This document shows, piece by piece, positions 1 to 9,217 of a DNA stretch of 37,522 nucleotides. Within the stretch, counting starts at the first letter, position 1. Each line of letters begins with the position of its first letter. A program made the position numbers and the translations under genes. A model generated the notes under the pieces. It had not been told where the DNA came from and did not search any database. It worked only from the letters and a program-made list of their open reading frames with translations. Source of the stretch: an uncultured bacterium (lineage in GTDB: Bacteria; Hydrogenedentota; Hydrogenedentia; Hydrogenedentales; JAEUWI01); NCBI GenBank assembly GCA_963977445.1, contig CAXBPH010000034.1:1-37522 (forward strand). Reading direction: 5' to 3'.

Positions 1-1818
1 GAGGTTACGAACTTCCTCGGCAACAACCGCAAAGCCCTTACCCGCCTCACCAGCGCGGGCCGCTTCCACGGCCGCGTTCAAGGCAAGCAAGTTGGTCTGG
101 AAGGCAATTTCATCAATCGTCTTGATGATCTTGGCCGTCTGATCGGAGGAAACCTTGATCTTGTTGATTGCTGATTCCATGTTCTGCATGGCCTCATTAC
201 CTTTGGTGGCCATACCACGGGATTCTTTCGCCAGAACATCCGCCTGCGACGCGTTGTCGGCATTCTGATTGGTCATGGCCGTCAATTCTTCGAGGCTGGC
301 CGATACTTCTTCAAGAGACGACGCCTGCTCACTGGCACCTTCGGCAAGGGTTTGACTGCTGTTTGCAATTTGCTCACTGGCCTGATTTACTTGCAATGAG
401 GCTTCTTTAGCCCGGCCCAGTGCCTGCTCCAGGGACTGAAGCGCGCCATTCAAATTATTCTTGATGGCCGCATGATCGCCTTTGTAGTCGCCCATAACAC
501 GGGCGGTCAAATCTTGTCGTCCTACATGGGTCAATACTTCGCCCGCCTCATTAATCGGCGCAACAACCGCATCGAGAATTTCGTTAATGCCTTCCATCAT
601 CGGACGGAACACATCGGAAAGGACTTCCGTATTGCCTCGTTTCTTCAAGTCACCATTGATGCCCGCATCAATCAGGCCCTGCACTTCCCGGCTATAATCC
701 AGGCGATCATTAAGATCGGTCCATTCCGCAGCGTTCCCCAGAAAAACGCCGTCCGAATCCACGAGTGCCGTGGCGGTTACCTGAAACTCCAGCGACGCTA
801 CCCTAATCTCCGCCTTGGCCGGCAGATTTCGGAGATCGGCCAGTAGTCGACGCTGGTGAGCCGGATTCTTATGAAAGTCATCAATGCACATACCGATAAT
901 ATTTCTGGAATCGAACTTGGGCAGGGCTCTCCGAATTTCATCTTCACGATTTCGGAACATCTCCAGCAGCGCCGGGTTGATATAGGTCACCCGAAGATCG
1001 GTGTCGCAGGCCATGAAGTTGGCGGTTGCCCCTTCAATCATGGACAACATACTCTCCGCCTTCGACTTGGCGTTCTTCTCTTCCGTAATATCTATGGCGA
1101 ATTTGATTACCTTGAAGGCTTTCCCATTCGAATCAAGTATGGGGTTGTAGGACGCTTGGATCCACACATCATTCCCCGCTTTACCGATTCGTTTGAACTC
1201 GCCTGCCTGATATTCGCCCGCGTTAAGTTTTGCCCAGAAAGCTGTATACTCCGAACTGCGCTTATAACCCTCTTCCACAAAAATGCTGTGGTGCTTGCCG
1301 ACGACTTCTTCGAGTTTGTAGCCCATCGCCCCGAGAAAATGATCGTTTGCATGGATAATTGTTCCATCCAGCTCGAATTCAATGACCGCCTGTGCCTTAT
1401 TGATGGCGTCCACTTGGCCCTCGAACTCGGCTATCCGCCGCCGCGTTTCGGTTACATTGGCCCATTCCAGACAGTTGCCGACGTATTCGCCCTGATCATC
1501 CATCATTGCCGTGATATTCAGTGAGAACAACAATTCACCAACTGCAATATCTGCCCTGTGGGGAAGGTTTTGCGGTTTACCGAGAAGTTGGCGTTGGTGG
1601 GCCGGATTGGCATGAAATGTGTCAATGCATGTGCCAATTAATTTATCAGGGTCAAAACCAGGATACGCCTTAGTAAACTCTGCCTGATACTCCTGCAACA
1701 GATTCATGGTCGACTGATTGGCGTAGGTAATACGCAAATCCCGGTCGCACATCATGATACTTACACCGGCGTTATCGATCGCCGCCTGCAGAAGGGTACT
1801 GCCATTAGATTCCGACAT
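1..1818 (-). CDS. Soluble methyl-accepting chemotaxis protein with three PAS domains (Aer2-like); 3' end runs off the window
   Basis: Not in the ORF track because there is no stop inside the window. Manual translation from ATG at 1818 (GGAGG RBS upstream): [27 protein letters not shown]...; PAS motifs [32 protein letters not shown] and [12 protein letters not shown]; ends in the MCP hairpin signature [39 protein letters not shown]. No transmembrane segment. Confidence 0.95.
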   Translation of the reverse strand, partial: MSESNGSTLLQAAIDNAGVSIMMCDRDLRITYANQSTMNLLQEYQAEFTKAYPGFDPDKLIGTCIDTFHANPAHQRQLLGKPQNLPHRADIAVGELLFSLNITAMMDDQGEYVGNCLEWANVTETRRRIAEFEGQVDAINKAQAVIEFELDGTIIHANDHFLGAMGYKLEEVVGKHHSIFVEEGYKRSSEYTAFWAKLNAGEYQAGEFKRIGKAGNDVWIQASYNPILDSNGKAFKVIKFAIDITEEKNAKSKAESMLSMIEGATANFMACDTDLRVTYINPALLEMFRNREDEIRRALPKFDSRNIIGMCIDDFHKNPAHQRRLLADLRNLPAKAEIRVASLEFQVTATALVDSDGVFLGNAAEWTDLNDRLDYSREVQGLIDAGINGDLKKRGNTEVLSDVFRPMMEGINEILDAVVAPINEAGEVLTHVGRQDLTARVMGDYKGDHAAIKNNLNGALQSLEQALGRAKEASLQVNQASEQIANSSQTLAEGASEQASSLEEVSASLEELTAMTNQNADNASQADVLAKESRGMATKGNEAMQNMESAINKIKVSSDQTAKIIKTIDEIAFQTNLLALNAAVEAARAGEAGKGFAVVAEEVRNL

Positions 1819-2071
1819 CGTACGCCGAGCCTCCGTGTTGTTTCCAAACGCGGCGCACCAGTCGCACCGGTCTTGTAATTCCTGGAGTAATTGACGATGC
1901 CTGACCATCCAAGTTCACACACGCAATTACAAGCAATATGATTATCCTAATACAGCCTGACGGCTCCCCATTCCTGACTCTTGAGACAATATCCAACAAC
2001 TCGGATTATTGACAAGAGTTTCAGCAATGAACACTTATGAATCAATTACGATTGAAACCTTACCGGAACCT

Positions 2072-2100
2072 ATAATAATCCACATACCCCCGGTTGTCAA
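2072..2100 (-). promoter_or_regulatory. Putative sigma70 promoter of the chemoreceptor gene
   Basis: Minus strand reads TTGACA-17 nt-TATTAT. Confidence 0.65.
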
Positions 2101-2227
2101 CAGAGTTTTTCTAGAATTCTCAGTATCATTGCCCCCGTATCCCCCTTATTTCGTCGTATACGAACTGGTATCGGCAATTCGGCCTCAATTAATCAACGAA
2201 CGGGCATCCGAATTCAATCACTTTTTA

Positions 2228-3889
2228 CTATTTTCCCATTGGCGCGGCCAGAACGTATTCTATGAATACTAAGCCATTCTCTTCTTCTTTGGGGTGACCA
2301 GAGCCCTGGTCCCAGAGCACGGTATCGGCCGTCCTGGGCCATACGCGTATTTCGAATTGCGTGGTACTCCCCGCCATCTGTGATGGATCGCCGATCATGC
2401 AGGTAAGAGGCCACGCCGGGTCAAAGGCCGGGATGGAAAACAAACGTTGACTGTCCACGTCATTTTCTCTCCGCCGTCGCACGTCTAACGCCACACGAGT
2501 CGGAAATGACGGGGCCACGCCTACCAGACGTGCCCCGGAAGGAAGGGTTGGGATTATTACCCCCGGCACGTTGATATCAAAAACGTCAAACAACAAGGGT
2601 ACCAAGGCATCAGAGCCCGCCCACTGCACGTCCAGAAAGGGTGTATTATTGGACGCCGCCACTCCCCCCTTATAGTGGGCTTCAATGAATACGTCGTGGC
2701 CCGTTGGCATCCCTATGGCCGTCCCCGAAGGCGCACATTGTGTCATGTTTGCAATCATCGGTGTGGTCAGATACCGACGCCCCCCACCTTCCTCCGTGTA
2801 CAGCAGGCCGAATTGGAGGGAAGAATCTCCGGCAGAATCCAAAGTAAGCTGAACAACCTGCTGCCTGGGCGAGTTGGGCATGGCCAGTTGAAAAGTTTTG
2901 ACATCACCCGATGATTCAGGCCCGATTCGTGCTGCAGTCTCCAGCCGCACAGAATCAGATTCCACACCTTCTGCACGATGCGTCACCTCAGAAATCGGGG
3001 CGACGGAGCCTGCCTGTGATTCGCCCAACGTCCATCGTATAATTTGAAGTCGTTGCCGCTGACTAAGGGTATCATTTAATCCCGCTACCTCTTCCCCATC
3101 ACACCAGATATACGAGGGTGGCATTTGGTGAAACATGAGCGTCTCCCGAATTTTCTCTCGCTTTATGATGGCGGACGAGTAGGTATCTAATGGCGTTGGT
3201 GCGTCGTCTTCGTGGCAAGATTGGCAATGACGTTGAAGGAGCGGGCGCACGTGATCTGCGTAGGTCAGTGCATCATCGGCTACAGGCAGTATGGGTTCTG
3301 TGATGCTGCAACCTTCTGACCGCGTTCGGGGCAAGGTGATGGGAAGCCCTCCCAGAAGCTCTTCCAAAGCCAGTTTGAGGTCATGACGCCCAACGGTTGG
3401 CCGAACGCCACCGAGCCGGTATTGGTCGTCTACCCGCCCCTGATATCGCACAATGGACGCGTCGTCGATTACGATTACCTCAGGGGTGCGGGTCACCCCA
3501 AATACTCGGACCGCACTTCCGTCGGAATCATTGAACGTCTTAAAGGAAAGGTGATAGTCCAACGCGTACTGTGCAACGTCTAAGACCGTGTCTGCCGTGC
3601 TTGCATTGATGCCAACAAACTGCACCCCACGGCCGCTGTACCGCTGGTGAAACTCTTCGATACGGGGAGTATATCGACGGGCAATCGGGCATGTATTGCT
3701 GAAGAAATAGAGTACCGTAAACGGTGACTTCGTCAACGTATCGAGAGAACGCTCTTGATAATACAGGTCCTGAAGCTGCACCCCGGTTACCGCAAATTCC
3801 TCCCGCGTGAGTCCTTTGCCTTCACCGTAGGTGCTACAGGTACCTGCGAGGAGACCAAGGAGCACTATCCATGTTGTACCGTATCGCAT
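2228..3889 (-). CDS. Exported redoxin (AhpC/TSA-like) + cytochrome c + degenerate monooxygenase-like multidomain protein
   Basis: Likely start is ATG 3889 (GGAG RBS; signal-like MRYGTTWIVLLGLLAG), not 4033. Thioredoxin-fold motifs FFSNTCPIA, TRTPEV, YQGRVDDQY, GCSI; heme motif CQSCH followed by MPP. Confidence 0.8.
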   Translation of the reverse strand: MRYGTTWIVLLGLLAGTCSTYGEGKGLTREEFAVTGVQLQDLYYQERSLDTLTKSPFTVLYFFSNTCPIARRYTPRIEEFHQRYSGRGVQFVGINASTADTVLDVAQYALDYHLSFKTFNDSDGSAVRVFGVTRTPEVIVIDDASIVRYQGRVDDQYRLGGVRPTVGRHDLKLALEELLGGLPITLPRTRSEGCSITEPILPVADDALTYADHVRPLLQRHCQSCHEDDAPTPLDTYSSAIIKREKIRETLMFHQMPPSYIWCDGEEVAGLNDTLSQRQRLQIIRWTLGESQAGSVAPISEVTHRAEGVESDSVRLETAARIGPESSGDVKTFQLAMPNSPRQQVVQLTLDSAGDSSLQFGLLYTEEGGGRRYLTTPMIANMTQCAPSGTAIGMPTGHDVFIEAHYKGGVAASNNTPFLDVQWAGSDALVPLLFDVFDINVPGVIIPTLPSGARLVGVAPSFPTRVALDVRRRRENDVDSQRLFSIPAFDPAWPLTCMIGDPSQMAGSTTQFEIRVWPRTADTVLWDQGSGHPKEEENGLVFIEYVLAAPMGK

Positions 3890-4067
3890 TTCGCTCCATT
3901 CCACCGATCTACCCATTCGTGAAGTCGGCCCAAAGAGATTTTCTGCCATCGCCGCTTGACACACACGGGGCACAGAAGGTAAAAAGAGGCCAATGGTCCG
4001 CAGTGCCCAAAAGGGGCCTCCGGCATAACTCACGCAACTAATTTAGCCTCTGAAAGACTTACTTACT

Positions 4068-4376
4068 ATGGAAAACGGCGTAACCGTTGCCAAAACCGAG
4101 GACATCCCGGTCGGCAAGTCAATTGTCGTAAAAGAACATGGTGAAGAAATTGCCCTCTTCAATATAGACGGCACCCTCTACGCGTGCAGCAACCGCTGCC
4201 CCCACGCAGGCGGACCGCTTAAGGATAGCATGATCGCGGGGACCGTGCTCTCTTGCCCTTGGCATGGATGGCGCTTCGACCTCGCATCAGGACCTGATGC
4301 GCCGAAAGACGGTGTGTTGCGATACCCCGTCTCCGTCGAAGGCGATGACATCGTATTAGGTTCCGCAACAACCTGA
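4068..4376 (+). CDS. Rieske [2Fe-2S] ferredoxin
   Basis: CPH...CPWHGWRFD Rieske ligand motifs; 102 aa. Confidence 0.93.
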   Translation: MENGVTVAKTEDIPVGKSIVVKEHGEEIALFNIDGTLYACSNRCPHAGGPLKDSMIAGTVLSCPWHGWRFDLASGPDAPKDGVLRYPVSVEGDDIVLGSATT

Positions 4377-4434
4377 TTCTCTCCTTCTTCTCAATCGCGC
4401 TTCACGGGCCTTCAACGCCACCACATATTTATCG

Positions 4435-4445
4435 CCCCCCCCCCC
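4435..4445 (+). repeat. C11 homopolymer tract upstream of the Dabb gene
   Basis: 11 consecutive C, 20 nt upstream of the ATG at 4466. Confidence 0.8.
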
Positions 4446-4465
4446 AAGACAGGATTTCCCCTATC

Positions 4466-4762
4466 ATGCTTGTACATACAGTCTTTTTTTGGTTGCCCTC
4501 CGATCTCGACGAAACACAACGTGCTGCCTTTCAGGCGGGTGTGGATTCACTTGCGACGATATCCTGCGCTGAAGCGGTCTACATCGGAACGCCCGCGGCG
4601 ACCGATCGGCCTGTAATTGATAAGAGCTACGACATCAGCCTTACGGTCCTTCTGAAAGACATGGACGCCCACGACGCCTATCAGGTCGACCCCATCCATC
4701 TGGCATTTCTGGAAGGCTTTCGCAGTGTCTGGGAGCGGGTGTTGATTTACGACGCGGACTAG
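4466..4762 (+). CDS. Dabb family (stress-responsive A/B barrel) protein
   Basis: N-terminal HTVFFWL, DAYQVDPIH and C-terminal IYD; 98 aa. Confidence 0.88.
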   Translation: MLVHTVFFWLPSDLDETQRAAFQAGVDSLATISCAEAVYIGTPAATDRPVIDKSYDISLTVLLKDMDAHDAYQVDPIHLAFLEGFRSVWERVLIYDAD

Positions 4763-4788
4763 GAATCAGACTCCTGGCGTTCCATCAT

Positions 4789-5976
4789 TCAGAAATTGGA
4801 CGACGTTTCTGCCAGAGATTTCTCTTCAAAGAGATGATTCAGCGGTGCAAACCCTTGCTGAGCCGCCAATGCTGCCGGGGTCATTCCCTTATAGAGGGAC
4901 TTTCGATTGGCGCCATGGCGCAGGAGCAGTCTGCTGATGGAAACATCGCCCCGTCCCGCCGCCTCGTGTAATGGTGTCTTTCCGTTGTTGTTGGTAATAT
5001 CTGGATCCGCTCCATACTGAAGCAGCAACTTGACCATGGCATAGTTGCCCTCTTTAATCGCCAGCAACAGGGGCGTCCACCCCTGGGACTTGGTCTTCAG
5101 ATGGACGTCCTGCGGATAGTCATTCAGGCGAAGCTGTAATTGCCCTATGTCGTTGGCAAGTATAGGGTCAAGTATGTTCGTCGGGGTCCCTGTCGGCACC
5201 TCCCCCAAAGCGAAGGCATGTAACGTCGCTGCCAGCCGGGCAAAATTATCGCGCATGGCCAAGGTTGCCAGGGGGATATGTTCTGGTGTTTCCTGCTTGG
5301 CGTCGGCCCCGGCCTGGAGCAAGAGCATGGAACTTTCGTAGCCCCCTTCCTTCACCGCAAGCTGGAGAGCGGAACGACCTTTTTCGTCCCGCGCTTCCAC
5401 CGAGGCACCCCGTTCTATCAATAGCTTTACGAGCGCAGGATCATGTTGCTTAACGGCCATCATCAAGGCCGTTTTGCCTCCCTGCGAACGGTGATTCACA
5501 TTCACGCCCCACTTCAAGAGCACCTGTATCGTGGACATGTTCCCCTTGTCAATCGCCATTAGAAAGGCGGTCCGGCCATGGTTTTCTTCTTCCTCCAAGA
5601 GCGCGCCTTCGGATGCGAGTCGCTCCACAATATCGCAAAATCCCATGGAGGCTGCCACCATAAGGGGGGTATTGTTGTGTTTGGCCGCGGCGTTGACGTC
5701 CGCCCCGAGGGTAATTAATATATCCACACAAGAGGCGTGCCCCGCCTTTACGGCGCGGTAGAGCGGGGTATCCCCCTTACGTCCGGTCTTATTGATACGG
5801 GCACCCCGAGAGATGAGATAGCCCAACGCGTCAGGCTGGTCATGGGCAGCAGCGATCACAAGCGGCGTCTGCCCCTCGGCATCGCGCTCATCAACGTCGA
5901 TGTTCTTATCAATCAGTTTTTTAATGGCGGAAAGATCGCCCTTCGCCGCCGCCTGGTGTATGTTCGAGAAAAACAC
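4789..5976 (-). CDS. Ankyrin repeat protein
   Basis: About 10 repeats of the G.TPL..AA..G type (GQTPLVIAA, GDTPLYRAV, NNTPLMVAA, GKTALMMAV, GWTPLLLAI, GKTPLHEAA); GTG start. Confidence 0.93.
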   Translation of the reverse strand: MFFSNIHQAAAKGDLSAIKKLIDKNIDVDERDAEGQTPLVIAAAHDQPDALGYLISRGARINKTGRKGDTPLYRAVKAGHASCVDILITLGADVNAAAKHNNTPLMVAASMGFCDIVERLASEGALLEEEENHGRTAFLMAIDKGNMSTIQVLLKWGVNVNHRSQGGKTALMMAVKQHDPALVKLLIERGASVEARDEKGRSALQLAVKEGGYESSMLLLQAGADAKQETPEHIPLATLAMRDNFARLAATLHAFALGEVPTGTPTNILDPILANDIGQLQLRLNDYPQDVHLKTKSQGWTPLLLAIKEGNYAMVKLLLQYGADPDITNNNGKTPLHEAAGRGDVSISRLLLRHGANRKSLYKGMTPAALAAQQGFAPLNHLFEEKSLAETSSNF

Positions 5977-6225
5977 GGCACAAACCCCAATTATTGTATT
6001 TTCAGCTGAATGCCCACGACGTTAGACGCCGCCACCCCACCCTCATTAAATCTATTTTGAACGATTTTACCCCACGAGTCAAGTGAAGAAACGTGGCGCA
6101 CAATCCGTGAGGTGAACGTAGTGATCGGGTTCATTTCGATACGTCACGTCACGTACAATAGGAGCGAAGGGTCGAATTGCGGTATTTTAGACCACTGCCC
6201 CCAGTAAATCTCTCAGGAGTACATC

Positions 6226-6750
6226 GTGACACAAGGTTCAGACGAAAAAGTTTATTTACCCAACTCCACGAGTTGTTTTGTCTGTGGCGAGGACAACCAC
6301 GCCGGACTGAAGACCCGTTTTTATGTTGAAAATGACCTGGTGAAGATGAACATGACGGTGGAAGAACACCACTGTGGCTACCAGAATACCGTCCACGGTG
6401 GCATCGTTGCTGCCGCGCTGGACGAATGCATGGGATGGGCCGCGGCCCGCGCCATTGGGCGAATGTGCGTTACGGCAGAACTGACGGTGCGCTATATCGA
6501 GCGGGTACCGGTTGCCCCGGATCTGGTGGTAACGGCCCAGGTAATTCGCGCCCATCGACGCATGGTCACGGCGGAAGCCGAAATACTGAATGCTTCCGGC
6601 ACGGTATTCGCCAAGGCCAGCGGTCGCTTTCTTCCCTTGAGCGAAGCGGAGACCCTCGAAGTCGACGACGCCTTGCTCTATCGCGGCAACGAAGAGCGGG
6701 TGTTTGACGGATTACGCGATGGTCAATTGGTTACGGACCAGCCGGATTAG
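6226..6750 (+). CDS. PaaI-family hotdog-fold thioesterase
   Basis: CFVCGEDNHAGL N-terminus and HGGIVAAALDECMG active-site helix; AGGAG RBS before GTG. Confidence 0.9.
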   Translation: MTQGSDEKVYLPNSTSCFVCGEDNHAGLKTRFYVENDLVKMNMTVEEHHCGYQNTVHGGIVAAALDECMGWAAARAIGRMCVTAELTVRYIERVPVAPDLVVTAQVIRAHRRMVTAEAEILNASGTVFAKASGRFLPLSEAETLEVDDALLYRGNEERVFDGLRDGQLVTDQPD

Positions 6751-6762
6751 CAGGCCGTCAAA

Positions 6763-8595
6763 ATGAACCTTTCACGAGAGCAATTTTGCCAGGTCCTACC
6801 ATCCTATATTAAGTCGGTACTCATGGAGTTTCCGGTCGCCGCCGCCCCATCTGCGGGTACCCCGTCCGGCGTGACGTTCTTCGACTTCCGTGCGAAAAAC
6901 ACGCCAGCCCGAGTTGGTGCAATCGGTCTGGATACCACAGGCATGAGCGCGGATACCCTTGTGGATACGCTGCGCCCCCTCCGCTTGAAAGTTGGACCGG
7001 ACGGCCGTGTTTTCTGCTTCGGCGACTGTGAGACGGTTGACTTTGGGGACCAATTGACGGCACTGATGACCATTGGACTTGGTTTCTATCAGGGCTGGCA
7101 GCTAAACCTTCGCTCTGAAATTCTGGAGCAACTTGATCATTCCCCGGAAGCGGGAAAGGGCCCCTATCTCTTCCAGTATTGCCGAGAGCGATACGACCCC
7201 GTCGATCACGCCCGACGGGAATTGCGTGCACTGAACTATACGGGGGCCCTTGAGATTCTGGGTGCCGTCCCCGACCACTGGTTCTTCACCGACGAGGAAC
7301 GTGGGCACCACGCCACGGAGTACCTGGTTGCCCTCCTCGCACAAGATACCTTCACCCAGGGGAACCTTCGACTACGCCACCTGAATGCGGCCCTCCACCA
7401 CTATGGCCGTGCCTGCACCTGGCTCCCCCATCACCAACCTGTCTATTCCTGTATGGCCAATTTCTGGCGCAACGCAGGTCGACCCGACATCGGGCGACGC
7501 CTCTTGGAGACGGTCCAGACGATACTCGCGGACGAAAAAACGGCGGAGCAGCTTGCCACCTATCCCGACACCCGGCCCGAGTTTCCTCCTGTTGTAACGG
7601 CGACGTATAACGAATCCACGCCGTTACGGCTTCTGTTTTTGTGCCATCCGGAATCCGACTTTGGCTCGGACGTCTTGCACGACGGCCTGCGGCGGGTACT
7701 TGGCGCGGAGAACGTTTTGGGCTATCCGTGGAAGTCCGTCTTACACGGCGGTGACGAAAAGCTGGCCACCGGCTACCCCTGTACCTTTCAGTGGACCGAT
7801 GAGCCGGTTCCGCTGGAGAAAATCGTCCAACAAGCGGCCGAAGGTGGCTTTGACGCTATTCTGTACTCCGACACGCTCGGCACCTTGCCCCGCGAGGAAA
7901 CGCAACAGATACTCCGGGCCGCTGGTGACACACCTGTGTTCATTGTAGATATGTGGGATGAGTGTGGCGACATGCACGACGTCCTCCTGGAACGCGACGG
8001 ATTGACCCACGTTGCGGGATACTTCAAGCGGGAAATGCTATCCGGATGCACCTATCCCGAACCTACCTGGCCGTTGCTATTCTCCTTTCCCGATGACCGC
8101 ATACCCGCCAAGTTATCGTGGGATAACCGTGAAGGCATCTTCTGGGCCGGAAAGCTCATGGGCGGCGCGCGAAAACTACAATTGGGTTGGCTGGAGAAGG
8201 AGCTGCCTCTGGTGGTCGAGGAGGGCACGCCCTACACACCAACCGAATATGCGAAGCGGGTACAAGACCACCTCATGGGAATTTCCCTGCCCGGCAATGG
8301 CTTCGACACCGTGCGGTATTGGGAACTTCCCGCTCATGGCACCCTTCTAGTGGCGGAACGTCCCCCATTGGCTATCCCCTATGCCTTCGAAGATGGAAAG
8401 CAGGCCATTCTCTTCGAAACGGTCTCAGAACTTCGGGACAAGGCGCGCTACTACCTCGCCCACCGGGAGGAGGCCATCGCCATCGCTCAGGCAGGTCACA
8501 GGCACCTGCGGGAGCACCACACTGGTTCGGCGCGAGCCCGACAATGCATTGGCCAGATTCAAAAGCGACTGAACCAACTGCGCGGGCAGGAATAG
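6763..8595 (+). CDS. Glycosyltransferase (C-terminal GT-B/CgeB-like domain) with helical TPR-like middle region
   Basis: C-terminal GNGFDTVRYWELPAHG..L, FEDGKQAILF and IAQAGHRHLREHHT motifs; 12 nt after the thioesterase stop. Confidence 0.72.
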   Translation: MNLSREQFCQVLPSYIKSVLMEFPVAAAPSAGTPSGVTFFDFRAKNTPARVGAIGLDTTGMSADTLVDTLRPLRLKVGPDGRVFCFGDCETVDFGDQLTALMTIGLGFYQGWQLNLRSEILEQLDHSPEAGKGPYLFQYCRERYDPVDHARRELRALNYTGALEILGAVPDHWFFTDEERGHHATEYLVALLAQDTFTQGNLRLRHLNAALHHYGRACTWLPHHQPVYSCMANFWRNAGRPDIGRRLLETVQTILADEKTAEQLATYPDTRPEFPPVVTATYNESTPLRLLFLCHPESDFGSDVLHDGLRRVLGAENVLGYPWKSVLHGGDEKLATGYPCTFQWTDEPVPLEKIVQQAAEGGFDAILYSDTLGTLPREETQQILRAAGDTPVFIVDMWDECGDMHDVLLERDGLTHVAGYFKREMLSGCTYPEPTWPLLFSFPDDRIPAKLSWDNREGIFWAGKLMGGARKLQLGWLEKELPLVVEEGTPYTPTEYAKRVQDHLMGISLPGNGFDTVRYWELPAHGTLLVAERPPLAIPYAFEDGKQAILFETVSELRDKARYYLAHREEAIAIAQAGHRHLREHHTGSARARQCIGQIQKRLNQLRGQE

Positions 8596-8620
8596 CTCGA
8601 CTCCAAGACGGAAGAAACGC

Positions 8621-9217
8621 CTAAGGACTATCGACTACCGTCGGCGCTTCGGCCACACGAAAAAACAGGGCTTCCCGTGCCTCCTCCAATTCGACGAGGA
8701 TGGGGTGCTGCCAATCCACCTGAAGGGCTTCGCCCATGGCATGGTAATACCACAGGGTACCTTCCCGTCCCCCTCGAAAATTCTGCCAATAGGCCCCGTC
8801 GTGCTGTGGGTCGTAGGTACGCAGCACCGACTGCAAATTGTGGAGTTTGTCGGCCGCAATAATCAGGCGGGCATCCATCGGCGCGGTCTCGATGCGCGCA
8901 ATGTGGGCCTCTTTTCTTTCGCGCCAAGGTGGCTTGGGTTCCCCCCAGGCATCGGTACACGCCCAGACCAACTCGGCGACCGTGTCGCCAAAGGCGTCAC
9001 GAATCTGCTCCAGGACGACTTTGCCGCCCTGATCTTCAACGGCATCGTGAAGCATGGCAGCGATGAACTGCTCCTCCTTGCCGCCGTATTCTCCTACCAG
9101 TGATGCCACGGTGAGCAGGTGAGTCATATACGGGGCCTCACCACATTTTCGGATTTGGTCCTTGTGAAGATCGTAGGCCAGGGCAATGGCATCTAGAATA
9201 CGGCGGGAATACGTCAA
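8621..9217 (-). CDS. HD-domain phosphohydrolase (SpoT/Mesh1-like small alarmone hydrolase family)
   Basis: HKDQIRK, PYMTHL, AAMLHDAVED and ADKLHN motifs. Probable TTG start at 9217 overlapping the GDPD stop (TTGA). Confidence 0.85.
   Translation of the reverse strand: MTYSRRILDAIALAYDLHKDQIRKCGEAPYMTHLLTVASLVGEYGGKEEQFIAAMLHDAVEDQGGKVVLEQIRDAFGDTVAELVWACTDAWGEPKPPWRERKEAHIARIETAPMDARLIIAADKLHNLQSVLRTYDPQHDGAYWQNFRGGREGTLWYYHAMGEALQVDWQHPILVELEEAREALFFRVAEAPTVVDSP

Noticed and set aside
472..1524. Plus-strand ORFs 472-846 and 856-1524
   Set aside because: Antisense shadows of the minus-strand chemoreceptor gene, which has clear PAS and MCP motifs.
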